Shown: positions 38,542-49,161 of the stretch, in pieces | How the letters are laid out: every line of letters begins with the position of its first letter | How positions within the stretch are numbered: position 1 is the stretch's first letter | Assembly: GCA_027021705.1 (NCBI GenBank) | Contig: JALUTT010000099.1 | Span: forward strand, 32,001-96,000 | Reading direction: 5' to 3' | Origin: Anaerolineae bacterium | GTDB lineage: Bacteria; Chloroflexota; Anaerolineae; S140-20 | DNA: 64,000 nucleotides | Translations under genes and position numbers: made by a program | Notes under the pieces: model-generated | What the model saw: the letters and a program-made list of their open reading frames with translations, nothing else | What the model was told of the DNA's origin: nothing | The model's database searches: none

Positions 38542-38889
38542 TCACACCGGCACGGCTTGCGAAGGCTCCTCCTGACAACAGGGGCAGGAACAGGCCGGCA
38601 GTCGTGCAGGCCCCCTGGCCGGCCCCAAGACTTCCTCCAGCAGCCGTGCCACCTGGTCGTCGGCCAGGCGGTAGAAGACGAAGGGGCCATCACGGTAGTT
38701 CTCGATGACCCCGGCCTCCCGCAGAACCCGCAACTGCTGGGAGATGTACGGCTGAGAGCGGCCCACCACCGCCTGGAGATGACACACGCAAGTCTCGCGC
38801 CGGCGCAGTTCGTCCAGGATCTGCAACCGGGCCGCGTGGGAGAGCACGTGGAACAGCCGAGCCCCTCGACGGTACTTGTCAGCATCCAT
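38542..38889 (-). CDS. ArsR/SmtB-family repressor with Cys-rich tail
   Basis: RLQIL, ETCVCHL, SQPYISQQL..LR; C-terminal CSCPCC. Confidence 0.9.
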   Translation of the reverse strand: MDADKYRRGARLFHVLSHAARLQILDELRRRETCVCHLQAVVGRSQPYISQQLRVLREAGVIENYRDGPFVFYRLADDQVARLLEEVLGPARGPARLPACSCPCCQEEPSQAVPV

Positions 38890-38918
38890 CCCCAAAGCAC
38901 TCCTATGCAATCCCCTGC

Positions 38919-38938
38919 ATATGCATTACAATGCATAT
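38919..38938. promoter_or_regulatory. ArsR-type operator palindrome ATATGCATT-AC-AATGCATAT
   Basis: Perfect 9-2-9 AT-rich inverted repeat 30 bp upstream of the ArsR start. Confidence 0.75.
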
Positions 38939-39052
38939 CATAGCACTGTTTTCCCAAAGGGGAAGGGACGAATGTCATCTCCCAGGGCTACGAATGTCAC
39001 GTTCCCGCCGGCGATGCCCGCGCGACCCTCCGGGCGCGTGCGCCTACTCCGC

Positions 39053-39082
39053 TTGCAGGGGAGAGAGAGCCGTGTTACAATG
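39053..39082 (+). promoter_or_regulatory. Candidate sigma70 promoter of the glmS operon
   Basis: TTGCAG-N18-TACAAT with TGn extension. Confidence 0.45.
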
Positions 39083-39102
39083 AGGCCGTTCCGACCGCTG
39101 GT

Positions 39103-39242
39103 TAAGCGGCCTAGCGACCTAGCGGCCTAGCGGCCTAGCGGCATGACCGACCTCCGACGGCCGACCGCCGACCGCCGATCAAGCGGCCTAGCGGCGGACT
39201 GAGGACTGAGGACTGAGGACTGTGGACTGAGGACTGAGGACC
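39103..39242 (+). repeat. Octamer (TAGCGGCC)n and heptamer (GAGGACT)n short tandem repeats
   Basis: Directly visible in the glmS leader. Confidence 0.85.
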
Positions 39243-39258
39243 AGGAGGCCAAAGGACT

Positions 39259-41106
<1,848 letters not shown>

Positions 41107-41210
41107 CGGCAGCCCTTGGGGTTGCCCGTGGGGCGAGGGGCAAGGCGACGAGGCGACGCAGGAGCAAGGCAACGGGGCGACCAGGCAACGGGGCACCGAG
41201 GGATGAGGTG

Positions 41211-42431
41211 ATGAAGGGGGGAGTGCGGATCGTGATGGTCGGTCCCTTCGGCCTGCGGCCCAAGGGGACGATGAGCGTTCGGGCCCTGCCCCTGGCCCGC
41301 GCCCTGGCCGACCGGGGCCACCAGGTCACGCTGCTCTTGCCTCCTTGGAGCTATCCCCAGGACAGCGGCCGGCGCTGGCAGGAGGAGGGCGTGACCGTCG
41401 AGAACGTCCCGCTGCCCCCCCTCCCCTCCTTCTGGCCCCTGACCCTCACCGGACGGCTGGTCCGGCGCGTCCTGGCCCTGCGCCCCCAGGTCGTCCACTG
41501 CTTCAAGCCCAAGGCCTACGCCGGTCTCGTCCACTACCTCCTCTGGTGGCGACGCCGCCTCCCCCCTGGGCGCGGGGGCCCCTCCCCCCGCCTGGTGGTG
41601 GACACCGATGACTGGGAGGGGCCGGGGGGCTGGAACGAGGTGGTGGACCCATCCACGGGCCGTCCCACCTACTCCTGGCCCCAGCGCCGTCTCTTCGCCT
41701 GGCAGGAGCGGTGGGGGCTGACCCACGCCGACCGGATCACCGTCGCCAGCCGGGACCTGGAGACCCTCGTCTGGAGCCTGGGCGTTCCCCCGGAGCGCGT
41801 CGTCTACCTGCCCAACGGCGTAGGCGTCCCGCCTCCCTCGGATCTTCGGCCCCGCCGACGGCAGGAAGGGCCACCCACCCTCCTCCTCTACACCCGCTTC
41901 TTCGAGTTCGACCCCGCCCGCCCCCTGCGCGTCCTGCAACGGGTGCGGGAGGCGGTGCCCCAGGCCCGGCTCCTGGTCGTGGGGAAGGGGCTCTTCGGCG
42001 AGGAGCAGACGCTGCTCCGGCTGGCCCAGGAGATGGGGCTGACCCAGGCCGTCCACTACGCCGGATGGGTCGAGCCCCAAGCGCTGGGGGGCCCCTTCGC
42101 CGAGGCCGACCTGGCCCTCTACCCCTTCGACGACACCCTGATCAACCGGACCAAGTGTGCCGTCAAGCTGCTGGACCTGATGGCCTGGGGGCTGCCCGTC
42201 GTCGCCGACGCCGTCGGTGAGAACGCCCAGATGATCGTCCACGGCGAGAGCGGATGGCTGGTGCCGCCGGGGGATGTGGAAGCGATGGCCACCGCCGTGA
42301 TCCACCTGCTGCGACAGGCCCCGCTCCGACGGCGGCTGGGCGAGGGGGCTCGACGACGGGTGATGGCCCGCTACACCTGGGAACACCTAGTCGCATACGC
42401 GGAGGAAGCTTATGGATTCACCCGCCGATGA
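41211..42431 (+). CDS. Glycosyltransferase family 4
   Basis: GT-B pattern: ALADRGHQV, LPNGV, KLLDLMAWGLPVV. Confidence 0.88.
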   Translation: MKGGVRIVMVGPFGLRPKGTMSVRALPLARALADRGHQVTLLLPPWSYPQDSGRRWQEEGVTVENVPLPPLPSFWPLTLTGRLVRRVLALRPQVVHCFKPKAYAGLVHYLLWWRRRLPPGRGGPSPRLVVDTDDWEGPGGWNEVVDPSTGRPTYSWPQRRLFAWQERWGLTHADRITVASRDLETLVWSLGVPPERVVYLPNGVGVPPPSDLRPRRRQEGPPTLLLYTRFFEFDPARPLRVLQRVREAVPQARLLVVGKGLFGEEQTLLRLAQEMGLTQAVHYAGWVEPQALGGPFAEADLALYPFDDTLINRTKCAVKLLDLMAWGLPVVADAVGENAQMIVHGESGWLVPPGDVEAMATAVIHLLRQAPLRRRLGEGARRRVMARYTWEHLVAYAEEAYGFTRR

Positions 42432-42795
42432 ATCGCTCCTTCGTCACCGGCTCCGCTTCTGGGGGCCTCCCATCCTCTGGATGGGGCTCATCTTCTACCT
42501 CTCCGCCCAGCCTCAACTTCCCACCCTCGACGAGACCTGGCTCGACTTCCTGCTCAAAAAGGCGGGCCACATCGTCGTCTACGCCGTGCTGGCCTGGCTC
42601 CTGGTTCGCGCCTTGGTTCAAGAAGGGCCGGTCCAGCCCCGCCACCTCCGCCTCGCCCTCCTCCTCACCATCCTCTACGCCCTCTCCGACGAGCTCCACC
42701 AATCCTTCGTCCCCGGCCGCACCGCCCGGCTGCTGGACGTGGGCTTCGACACCTTGGGCGCCCTCCTGGCCCTGGCCCGTTTCCGCCGACTCTGA
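42412..42795 (+). CDS. VanZ-family membrane protein
   Basis: WMGLIFYLS, KAGHIVVY, SDELHQSFVPGR. Confidence 0.9.
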   Translation: MDSPADESLLRHRLRFWGPPILWMGLIFYLSAQPQLPTLDETWLDFLLKKAGHIVVYAVLAWLLVRALVQEGPVQPRHLRLALLLTILYALSDELHQSFVPGRTARLLDVGFDTLGALLALARFRRL

Positions 42796-42859
42796 CCCAT
42801 TTCTAACGCGCCCTCGACAGCCCTCTCACCTTTGCCGAGTATCATAGGGACTTGGGGGG

Positions 42860-43020
42860 CGGCAAGGGACAAGGGGCAGGGGGCAAGGGGCAGGGGGCAG
42901 GGGGCAAGGGGCAGGGGGCAAGAAGAGGCAAGGGGCAGGGAGCAAGGGACCATCCGACCACCCGGCCACCCGACCATCCGACCACCCGGCCACCCGACCA
43001 TCCGACCACCCGACCACCTG
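42860..43020 (+). repeat. Heptamer (GGGGCAR)n followed by octamer (CCGACCAY)n tandem repeats
   Basis: Directly visible. Confidence 0.9.
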
Positions 43021-43049
43021 ACCAAGGGACCACTTGACCAAGGAGCAAG

Positions 43050-44027
43050 ATGATCCTGGTCACCGGCGGTACCGGCTTCATCGGCTCGGCCCTGGTCCGG
43101 GCTCTGCTGCAGGAGGGCCATCGGGTGCGGGTGCTCACCCGCCGTCCCGACGGCCATCCTTTGCTCTCCCGGCCGGGCGTCGAGCCCTTCGTCGCCGACC
43201 TGACCGACCCGGCCTCGCTGACCGGCGTCGCCGAGGGGGTCGAAGCCGTCTTCCACCTGGCCGGTCTCCTAGGCGGGAAGAGCGCCGACCCGACCGCCTA
43301 CGAGGCCCTACACGTCCGGGGCACCGGCCATCTGCTGGAGCAGTTCGCGGGCCGCTTCCTGGTGCGCTTCGTCCACTGCAGCACCACCGGCGTCCTCGGC
43401 CCCATCGCCCACCCGCCGGCCGACGAGAGCCGGCCTCCGCGCCCCTCCAACCTTTACGAGCGAACCAAGGCGGCGGGGGAACGGCTGGTCCTGGAGCGGG
43501 GGCGGCAGCAGGGCACGCCCGTCACCGTCATCCGGCCCGGGATGGTCTACGGGCCGGGGGACCTGCACCACCTGGGGCTCTTCCGGGCCGTTCAGCGCGG
43601 CTACTTCGTCCTCATCGGCGGTGGGCGCAGCACCCTCGATCCCGTCTACATCGCCGACGTGGTGCAGGGGCTGCGCCGGGCGCTGGAGAACGAGCAGGCG
43701 GTGGGCCAGGTCTACCACATCGCCGGCCCCCGCCCGGTCACCGTGCGGGAGCTGGCCGAGGCCATCGCCCGAGCCCTGGGCCGGCCCTTCCGCCCGCCGA
43801 CGGTGCCCCGCCCGCTGGCCTTCGCCGGGGCCTGGCTGATGACCGGCCTGCTCCGCCCGTTGGGGGTCCAGCCCCCCCTCACGCCCGGCCGCGTCCGCTT
43901 CCTGACCGAGAACCGGGGCGTCTCCATCGAGAAGGCGCGGCGCGAACTGGGCTACGAGCCGGCCTACTCCCTGGAGGCCGGCCTGCGGGAGACCGTGGCC
44001 TGGTACCGCCGGCACGGATACCTGTGA
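43050..44027 (+). CDS. NAD-dependent epimerase/dehydratase
   Basis: TGGTGFIG, YERTK. Confidence 0.92.
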   Translation: MILVTGGTGFIGSALVRALLQEGHRVRVLTRRPDGHPLLSRPGVEPFVADLTDPASLTGVAEGVEAVFHLAGLLGGKSADPTAYEALHVRGTGHLLEQFAGRFLVRFVHCSTTGVLGPIAHPPADESRPPRPSNLYERTKAAGERLVLERGRQQGTPVTVIRPGMVYGPGDLHHLGLFRAVQRGYFVLIGGGRSTLDPVYIADVVQGLRRALENEQAVGQVYHIAGPRPVTVRELAEAIARALGRPFRPPTVPRPLAFAGAWLMTGLLRPLGVQPPLTPGRVRFLTENRGVSIEKARRELGYEPAYSLEAGLRETVAWYRRHGYL

Positions 44028-45076
44028 GCGACAAATTGCGAATTGCGAATTGCAATTTGCAATTTGCAATTTGCAACTTGCAACTTGCCACTTGCCACTT
44101 GCAACTTGTAACTTGCAACCTGAAACTGCCCGTGAACGCTTTTGAGAGGTTCTCCGTCATCATCCCGTCCTACAACAGCGCGGCCACCATCCGGGCCTGC
44201 CTGGACTCGGTGCTGGCCCAGGAGACGCCGCTGCCCTACGAGATCATCGTCGCCGACAGTTCCGACGACGCCACCCCTCGGATCATCCGGCAGCGCTACG
44301 GCGACCGGGTGCGGCTCCTCCGCTTCCCCCGCCGGACCGATCCGGGCACCGCCCGCAACACGGCCATCGCCCAGGCCCAGGGTGACCTGCTCCTCTTCAC
44401 CGACGCCGACTGCATCGTGCCCCCCGACTGGGCAGCGCGGATGGTCCAGGCCCACCGGGAACAGGACTGCCGCATCGTCGGCGGAGCGGTGGTGAACGGC
44501 AACCCGGAGAGCCTCATCAGTTGGGCCGGCTACCTGAAGGAGTTCAGTGAGTACCTGCCCGACGCCCGGCCCGGCTTCGTCCACAGCCTGCCCACCTGCA
44601 ACATCTCCTACCGGCGGGAGGTCTTCGAGGAGTACGGCGGCTACCAAGGCGACTACTACCCCCAGGAAGACTACCTCTTCCACTGGCGGCTGATCAAGGG
44701 GGGCGAGCGCATCTACTTCGACCCGACCATCCAGGTGCGCCACGTCCACCGGGCCACCCTGCGCGACTACCTGCGCCACAGCCACCGCTTCGGCGTCGTC
44801 ACCTCCCAGGTGCTCAAGATCACCGACCTGCCGGGCCACTGGTTCGCCCGCCGACCCTGGCTCGCGCCCCTCTTCATCCCGTTTCTGCCCTTCATCAAGT
44901 TCACCCGGACGACGCTGCGGACCTGGCGGGTCAACCCGGAGCTGATCCGCCGGCGCCCCCTCGTCCTCCCCCTCCTCTTCGTGGGCCTGCTGAGCTGGGA
45001 GATCGGCTTCATCCAGGGCGTCTATACCGACCACCGACCGCTGACCGCCGACCGAGGCGGGCGGACCGAGGGTTGA
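44024..45076 (+). CDS. Glycosyltransferase family 2 (start 44024 by GTGA overlap, or 44132)
   Basis: SVIIPSYN, ARNTA, FTDADC, QED. Confidence 0.88.
   Translation: MSDKLRIANCNLQFAICNLQLATCHLQLVTCNLKLPVNAFERFSVIIPSYNSAATIRACLDSVLAQETPLPYEIIVADSSDDATPRIIRQRYGDRVRLLRFPRRTDPGTARNTAIAQAQGDLLLFTDADCIVPPDWAARMVQAHREQDCRIVGGAVVNGNPESLISWAGYLKEFSEYLPDARPGFVHSLPTCNISYRREVFEEYGGYQGDYYPQEDYLFHWRLIKGGERIYFDPTIQVRHVHRATLRDYLRHSHRFGVVTSQVLKITDLPGHWFARRPWLAPLFIPFLPFIKFTRTTLRTWRVNPELIRRRPLVLPLLFVGLLSWEIGFIQGVYTDHRPLTADRGGRTEG
44035..44120 (+). repeat. Heptamer (TTGCAAY)n tandem repeat
   Basis: About 12 degenerate AT-rich copies in a GC-rich context. Confidence 0.9.
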
Positions 45077-45081
45077 GACCG

Positions 45082-47739
45082 ATGGCAGAGGGTTCGAGGC
45101 TCGGGGTCACAAGCGTTGGACGCGCGGGGCTGGAGATCGCCCTCCACGGGGTCCGGCTGGCCCTGGTGACGGACTACCGCCCCCTGCTGGCCTTCGGGCG
45201 GGAGTACCTGGGGCCGCTGCTGGTGACCCATCGGGCGGAGCCCGAGGTGACGGTCTCCTTCCGGTTCGACGCCGATCCGCTGCCCCCGGCGACCTCGGCC
45301 ACCGGCCTGCGGCGGGCCGGACGGCGGCTCTGGCTGGACGACGGGCGGGTCTACCAGCCGGAACTGCTGGGGTTCCCCGGCCTCGCCCTCCTGACCCGGC
45401 GCCGGGGCAACCGCTGGACCGTCCGGGCGACCTACCGCCCCCCCTCCCGCCTGGCCCGCTGGCACCACCGGCTGCGCGGCCCCGATCCCCGCCTCGTCGC
45501 CACCCTGCTCTACTACCTGGCCTACTTCCCCCTGCTGGCCTACCTGGAGGCGCACCGGGGCTGGACGCCCCTCCACGCGGCCGGCGTCGCCCTCCCCGAA
45601 GGGGGCCTCCTCATCGCCGGCCTGCCCGGCTGCGGCAAGACGACCCTCGCCCTCGCCTTCGCCGCCCGGCCCGGGGCCCGCCTCCTCTCCGACAACCTGG
45701 TGCTCACCGACGGCCGGCAGCTCTACGCCTGCCCCGAACCCATCCACCTGGACGACGGCCTCCGCCCTCTGCTGCCCGACCTCGCCGACCTCCTGGTGGC
45801 CGAGGAGCGGACCGTCACCCACGGGCGGCGCGACTACCGCCCCCGCCCCCACCGCCAGGCCGCCGCGACGCCCCCCCGCTGGCTCCTCTTCCCCCTCTTC
45901 GCCGACGAGGTCCGGCTGGCCCCCCTCTCCCCGGAGGCCGCCCTGGACCGGCTGCTGACCATCGGCGAGCAGACGAAGGAGCTGGCCGCCTACACCGCCC
46001 AGCGGGCCGTCTGGGGGCTCCTGGACGATGCGCCGGGGTGGGCGGGCCGGGTCCGAGAGCGGCTGACCGACCTGGTGGAGCGCCTGGCCTGCTACGAGCT
46101 GCACCTACCGCCGGGCCGCCCCCTGCCCCCCCTCACCGCCGAGGTGCTGACGGCCCTCACCGCCGTTCCCGCCTCCTCCGGTCCGGGAACCCCTGCCACC
46201 TCCCCGCAAGCCCCCCTGGCCGCCGGCCAAGCGCCGAACCGCCCGGCTGAGAGGGGGAAACCCCCTTCGGGGGCTGCAAGTCAGCCCGCAGGGCTCTCTT
46301 CCCTTAGCCCGGACCTTCCAGGTCCGGGCCAGGCCGGGCAGACACCCCCCGCCTTCGACGCCCGGACCTTGGACCCCCGCGCCCTGGAGGCGCTGGAGGC
46401 GCTGGCCGCCCAACCCTTCCTGGCCTGCCCCCCCGTGGCCCTGCCCGACCTACACCTCAAGCCCCGCCTGGAAGCGCCCTCCAGCCTGGCCACGGCGACC
46501 CGGGAGCACCTGGTCCTGGGGCTGACCAGCCCCTCCCCCGGCTGCGGGATGGCGCTGGCCGTGACCCCGCTGGGGGAGGCCGACCTGAGCGCCGAACGGC
46601 TGGACCGCCTCTTCGCCCACCTGGGGGCCGTGCTGGACCCCGACCGGTCATCCCCGGCCATCGGCGAGGAGGCCCTGGACGCGGTGCTGCTGCGGGGAGC
46701 CGCCGCTTGGGCGGAGCGGCTGGGGAGGAGCGAAGCGCTGCTGAAGGCCATCGAGGGGGGAGGCGCTGCCTTCGCGCCCGAGGAGGTGGAGGCCCACGGC
46801 CCGGCCATCCTGGCGACGGTGCCGGCCGCCTTCCGCCCCGTCGCCCGGCGGGAGTTCGGCCTGGTGGGGCGGGGCAACCATTTCCTGGAGGTGCAGGTGG
46901 TCGAGGCGGTGCTGGACCCGGCCACGGCGGCGGCCTGGGGGCTCGCCGTGGGCCAGGTGGTGGTCCTCTTCCACGCCGACTCCGGCCACCTGGGGGCCAT
47001 CGTGGGCCGCCTCTTCGCCCACCGGCGCAAGAACAGCCGCCGGGGGCGGCTCATCGAATGGCAGATCAAGCTGCCCTACCACCTGCGGGGGCTCCGCTCA
47101 CCGGGGGTTGCCTGGAGCCGAGCCCGCTACTTCCTCCCCCGCCGCTGGCTGCCCATCCCGGCCGACTCGGAGGAAGGACGGCGCTGCCGATGGGCCCTGG
47201 GCGCTGCCACCAACTACGCCTTCGCCAACCGGCTGGCCGTCCTGGCAGCGCTGGAGCAGGCCCTGCAGGCGGTTTGGGGCGAGCGGGTCGGCCCCCTCCG
47301 CCTCCTCTACGACGCGCCCCACAACGGCATCGCCCGGGAGCGCATCGGCGGCCAGGACCTCTGGGTCCACCGCCACAACGCGGTGCGCGTCACCCCGCCC
47401 TCCCGCCTGCCGCCCGACAGCCCCTACCGGGCCACCGGCCACCCCGTGCTGCTGCCGGGAACCCATCGCACCGCTTCCTTCCTGTGCGCCGGCGATGAAG
47501 GGGCTGCCCACACCCTCCACTCGGCCGGCCACGGGGCCGGGGAGACGGCCTTGGCCCTGGGCCGCCCCCTGGAGGCCCCGGACCGCCGGACCCGCCTCTA
47601 CCGCTACCGGCGGGGCCTGGTCGAGGAGAGCCCCCCCCTGAGCGACGAGGGCGTGGAGGCAGTGGTGCAGACGCTGCACCGGTGGGGGATCTGCCGGCCG
47701 GTGGTCCGCCTGCGCCCCGTCGCCACGCTCAAGGGGTAG
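45082..47739 (+). CDS. Fusion protein: HPr-kinase-like P-loop domain + RtcB-fold domain
   Basis: LHAAGV...GLPGCGKTT...LLSDN; then LPDLH, GCG, GNHFLEVQ, NYAFANR, YDAPHN, PVLLPG, GHGAG and terminal RLRPVATLKG. Confidence 0.82.
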   Translation: MAEGSRLGVTSVGRAGLEIALHGVRLALVTDYRPLLAFGREYLGPLLVTHRAEPEVTVSFRFDADPLPPATSATGLRRAGRRLWLDDGRVYQPELLGFPGLALLTRRRGNRWTVRATYRPPSRLARWHHRLRGPDPRLVATLLYYLAYFPLLAYLEAHRGWTPLHAAGVALPEGGLLIAGLPGCGKTTLALAFAARPGARLLSDNLVLTDGRQLYACPEPIHLDDGLRPLLPDLADLLVAEERTVTHGRRDYRPRPHRQAAATPPRWLLFPLFADEVRLAPLSPEAALDRLLTIGEQTKELAAYTAQRAVWGLLDDAPGWAGRVRERLTDLVERLACYELHLPPGRPLPPLTAEVLTALTAVPASSGPGTPATSPQAPLAAGQAPNRPAERGKPPSGAASQPAGLSSLSPDLPGPGQAGQTPPAFDARTLDPRALEALEALAAQPFLACPPVALPDLHLKPRLEAPSSLATATREHLVLGLTSPSPGCGMALAVTPLGEADLSAERLDRLFAHLGAVLDPDRSSPAIGEEALDAVLLRGAAAWAERLGRSEALLKAIEGGGAAFAPEEVEAHGPAILATVPAAFRPVARREFGLVGRGNHFLEVQVVEAVLDPATAAAWGLAVGQVVVLFHADSGHLGAIVGRLFAHRRKNSRRGRLIEWQIKLPYHLRGLRSPGVAWSRARYFLPRRWLPIPADSEEGRRCRWALGAATNYAFANRLAVLAALEQALQAVWGERVGPLRLLYDAPHNGIARERIGGQDLWVHRHNAVRVTPPSRLPPDSPYRATGHPVLLPGTHRTASFLCAGDEGAAHTLHSAGHGAGETALALGRPLEAPDRRTRLYRYRRGLVEESPPLSDEGVEAVVQTLHRWGICRPVVRLRPVATLKG
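46241..46329. repeat. REP-like hairpin cluster read through in frame as the interdomain linker
   Basis: CCCCC-TTCG-GGGG, AGCCC-GCA-GGGCT, GCCCGGACC-TTCCA-GGTCCGGGC. Confidence 0.55.
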
Positions 47740-47749
47740 GAGGGGAGCC

Positions 47750-49135
47750 GTGCGCTTCTTCCGCCACGTCCTAAGCACCTTCTTGGCCGAGATCGCCATC
47801 GTCGGCCTCAACCTGCTCCTGGGCGTCCTGACCGCCCGGGTGCTGGGGCCGGAGCGCCGGGGCATCCTGGCCCTGGTGATGACGCTGCCCGTCACCCTGG
47901 TCACCTTCGCCGACCTGGGCATCTCCCGGGCCAACATCTACCTCATCGGCCGGCGGGGGCGCTCCCCCCAGCAGATCGCCTCCAACGCCCTCTTCTTCGC
48001 CCTGGCGACGGGGGCGTTCCTGGGGCTGGGCCTCTGGCCGGTCCGGGGGCTGGCCCTCCGCACGCTGCTACGGGGGCTCCCGGCCCGCTACCTGGCCCTC
48101 ATCCTGGTGCTGACCCCCTTCCTGCTCCTCTACACCCACTGGCTGGCGATCCTGCGGGCCTTCCAGCGCTTCGAGCTCTTCAACCTGATCCGGCTGCTGA
48201 TGCCCCTGAGCCTGTTGGGGATGATGGGGGCGGCGCTCCTCGTCTTCCACGGCGGGATCGGCTGGGCGACGGCGGCCTACGGCGCGGGGGTCCTCCTGGC
48301 CGTGGGGATCAGCCTCGCCATCGTCGGGGCCATCACCCGCCCCCGGCTCCGCTTCGACCGCTCCCTGGCCGGCGAGGCGATGGCCTACGGCCTCAAATCC
48401 TACCTCCAGAACCTGGTCAGCCACCTCACCTACCGGCTGGACCTCTACCTGGTGGCCTACTTCCTCAGCCCGCGCGAGGTGGCCTTCTACGCCATCGCCA
48501 CCTCGGCGGCGGAGCTGGCCTGGTACATCCCCAACTCGGTGGGGCTGGTCCTCTTCCCCAAGCTCTCCGCCACCGAGGAGGAGCGCATCCACCCGCTGAC
48601 GGCGGAGATCAGCCGCCACACCCTGCTGATCACCCTGCTGGCGGCCGGCGTCGTCCTGCTGGCCGGTGGCGTCGGCATCCCCCTGCTCTACGGGGCCGAC
48701 TACCGGCCGGCCGTCGGTCCGATGGTCATCCTGATGCCCGGCGTGGCGACGATGGCCCTCTACAAGGTGCTGAGCCGCAACTTCTCCAGCCGCAACCGGC
48801 AGGAGGTCTCCATCGCAGCGGCCGCTTTGGGGCTGGCCCTCGACGTGCTCCTCAACGTCATCTTCATCCCCCGGTTGCGGGTGATGGGGGCGGCTCTGGC
48901 CTCCACCATCGCCTACAGCCTGGCGGCGCTGGTCCTGCTGGAGGCTTTCCGGCGGGAGTCGGGGCTGAGCCGGGAGGCGGTGCTCCGGCTGCGGCAGGAC
49001 GACCTGCAGCGGTACGCGGAGTTGGTGGCGACGGTCCGGGCGGTTCTCGGCCGATGGCCGACCGCCGATGGCCGATGGCCGACCGCCGACGGACGACGGC
49101 CGACGGCCGACCGCCGATGGCCGACCGTGGACTGA
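47750..49135 (+). CDS. Wzx-type polysaccharide flippase (MOP family)
   Basis: ARVLGPE.RG, YRLDLYLV, PRL.VMGAALAS; many TM helices; tail derived from heptamer repeats. Confidence 0.88.
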   Translation: MRFFRHVLSTFLAEIAIVGLNLLLGVLTARVLGPERRGILALVMTLPVTLVTFADLGISRANIYLIGRRGRSPQQIASNALFFALATGAFLGLGLWPVRGLALRTLLRGLPARYLALILVLTPFLLLYTHWLAILRAFQRFELFNLIRLLMPLSLLGMMGAALLVFHGGIGWATAAYGAGVLLAVGISLAIVGAITRPRLRFDRSLAGEAMAYGLKSYLQNLVSHLTYRLDLYLVAYFLSPREVAFYAIATSAAELAWYIPNSVGLVLFPKLSATEEERIHPLTAEISRHTLLITLLAAGVVLLAGGVGIPLLYGADYRPAVGPMVILMPGVATMALYKVLSRNFSSRNRQEVSIAAAALGLALDVLLNVIFIPRLRVMGAALASTIAYSLAALVLLEAFRRESGLSREAVLRLRQDDLQRYAELVATVRAVLGRWPTADGRWPTADGRRPTADRRWPTVD

Positions 49136-49161
49136 GGACCGTGGACCGTGGACTGTGGACT

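Noticed and set aside
39083..39258. glmS ribozyme in the glmS leader
   Set aside because: Conserved core not recognisable; the leader is made of 7/8-mer repeats. An Infernal scan would be decisive
43034..45076. Single 680-aa ORF
   Set aside because: The first 330 codons are an alternate frame over the epimerase gene; only the GT2 part is credible
46380..47739. Canonical RtcB RNA-repair operon
   Set aside because: No rtcA, rtcR, archease or Ro/TROVE neighbours; RNA-binding motifs altered; glycan-locus context
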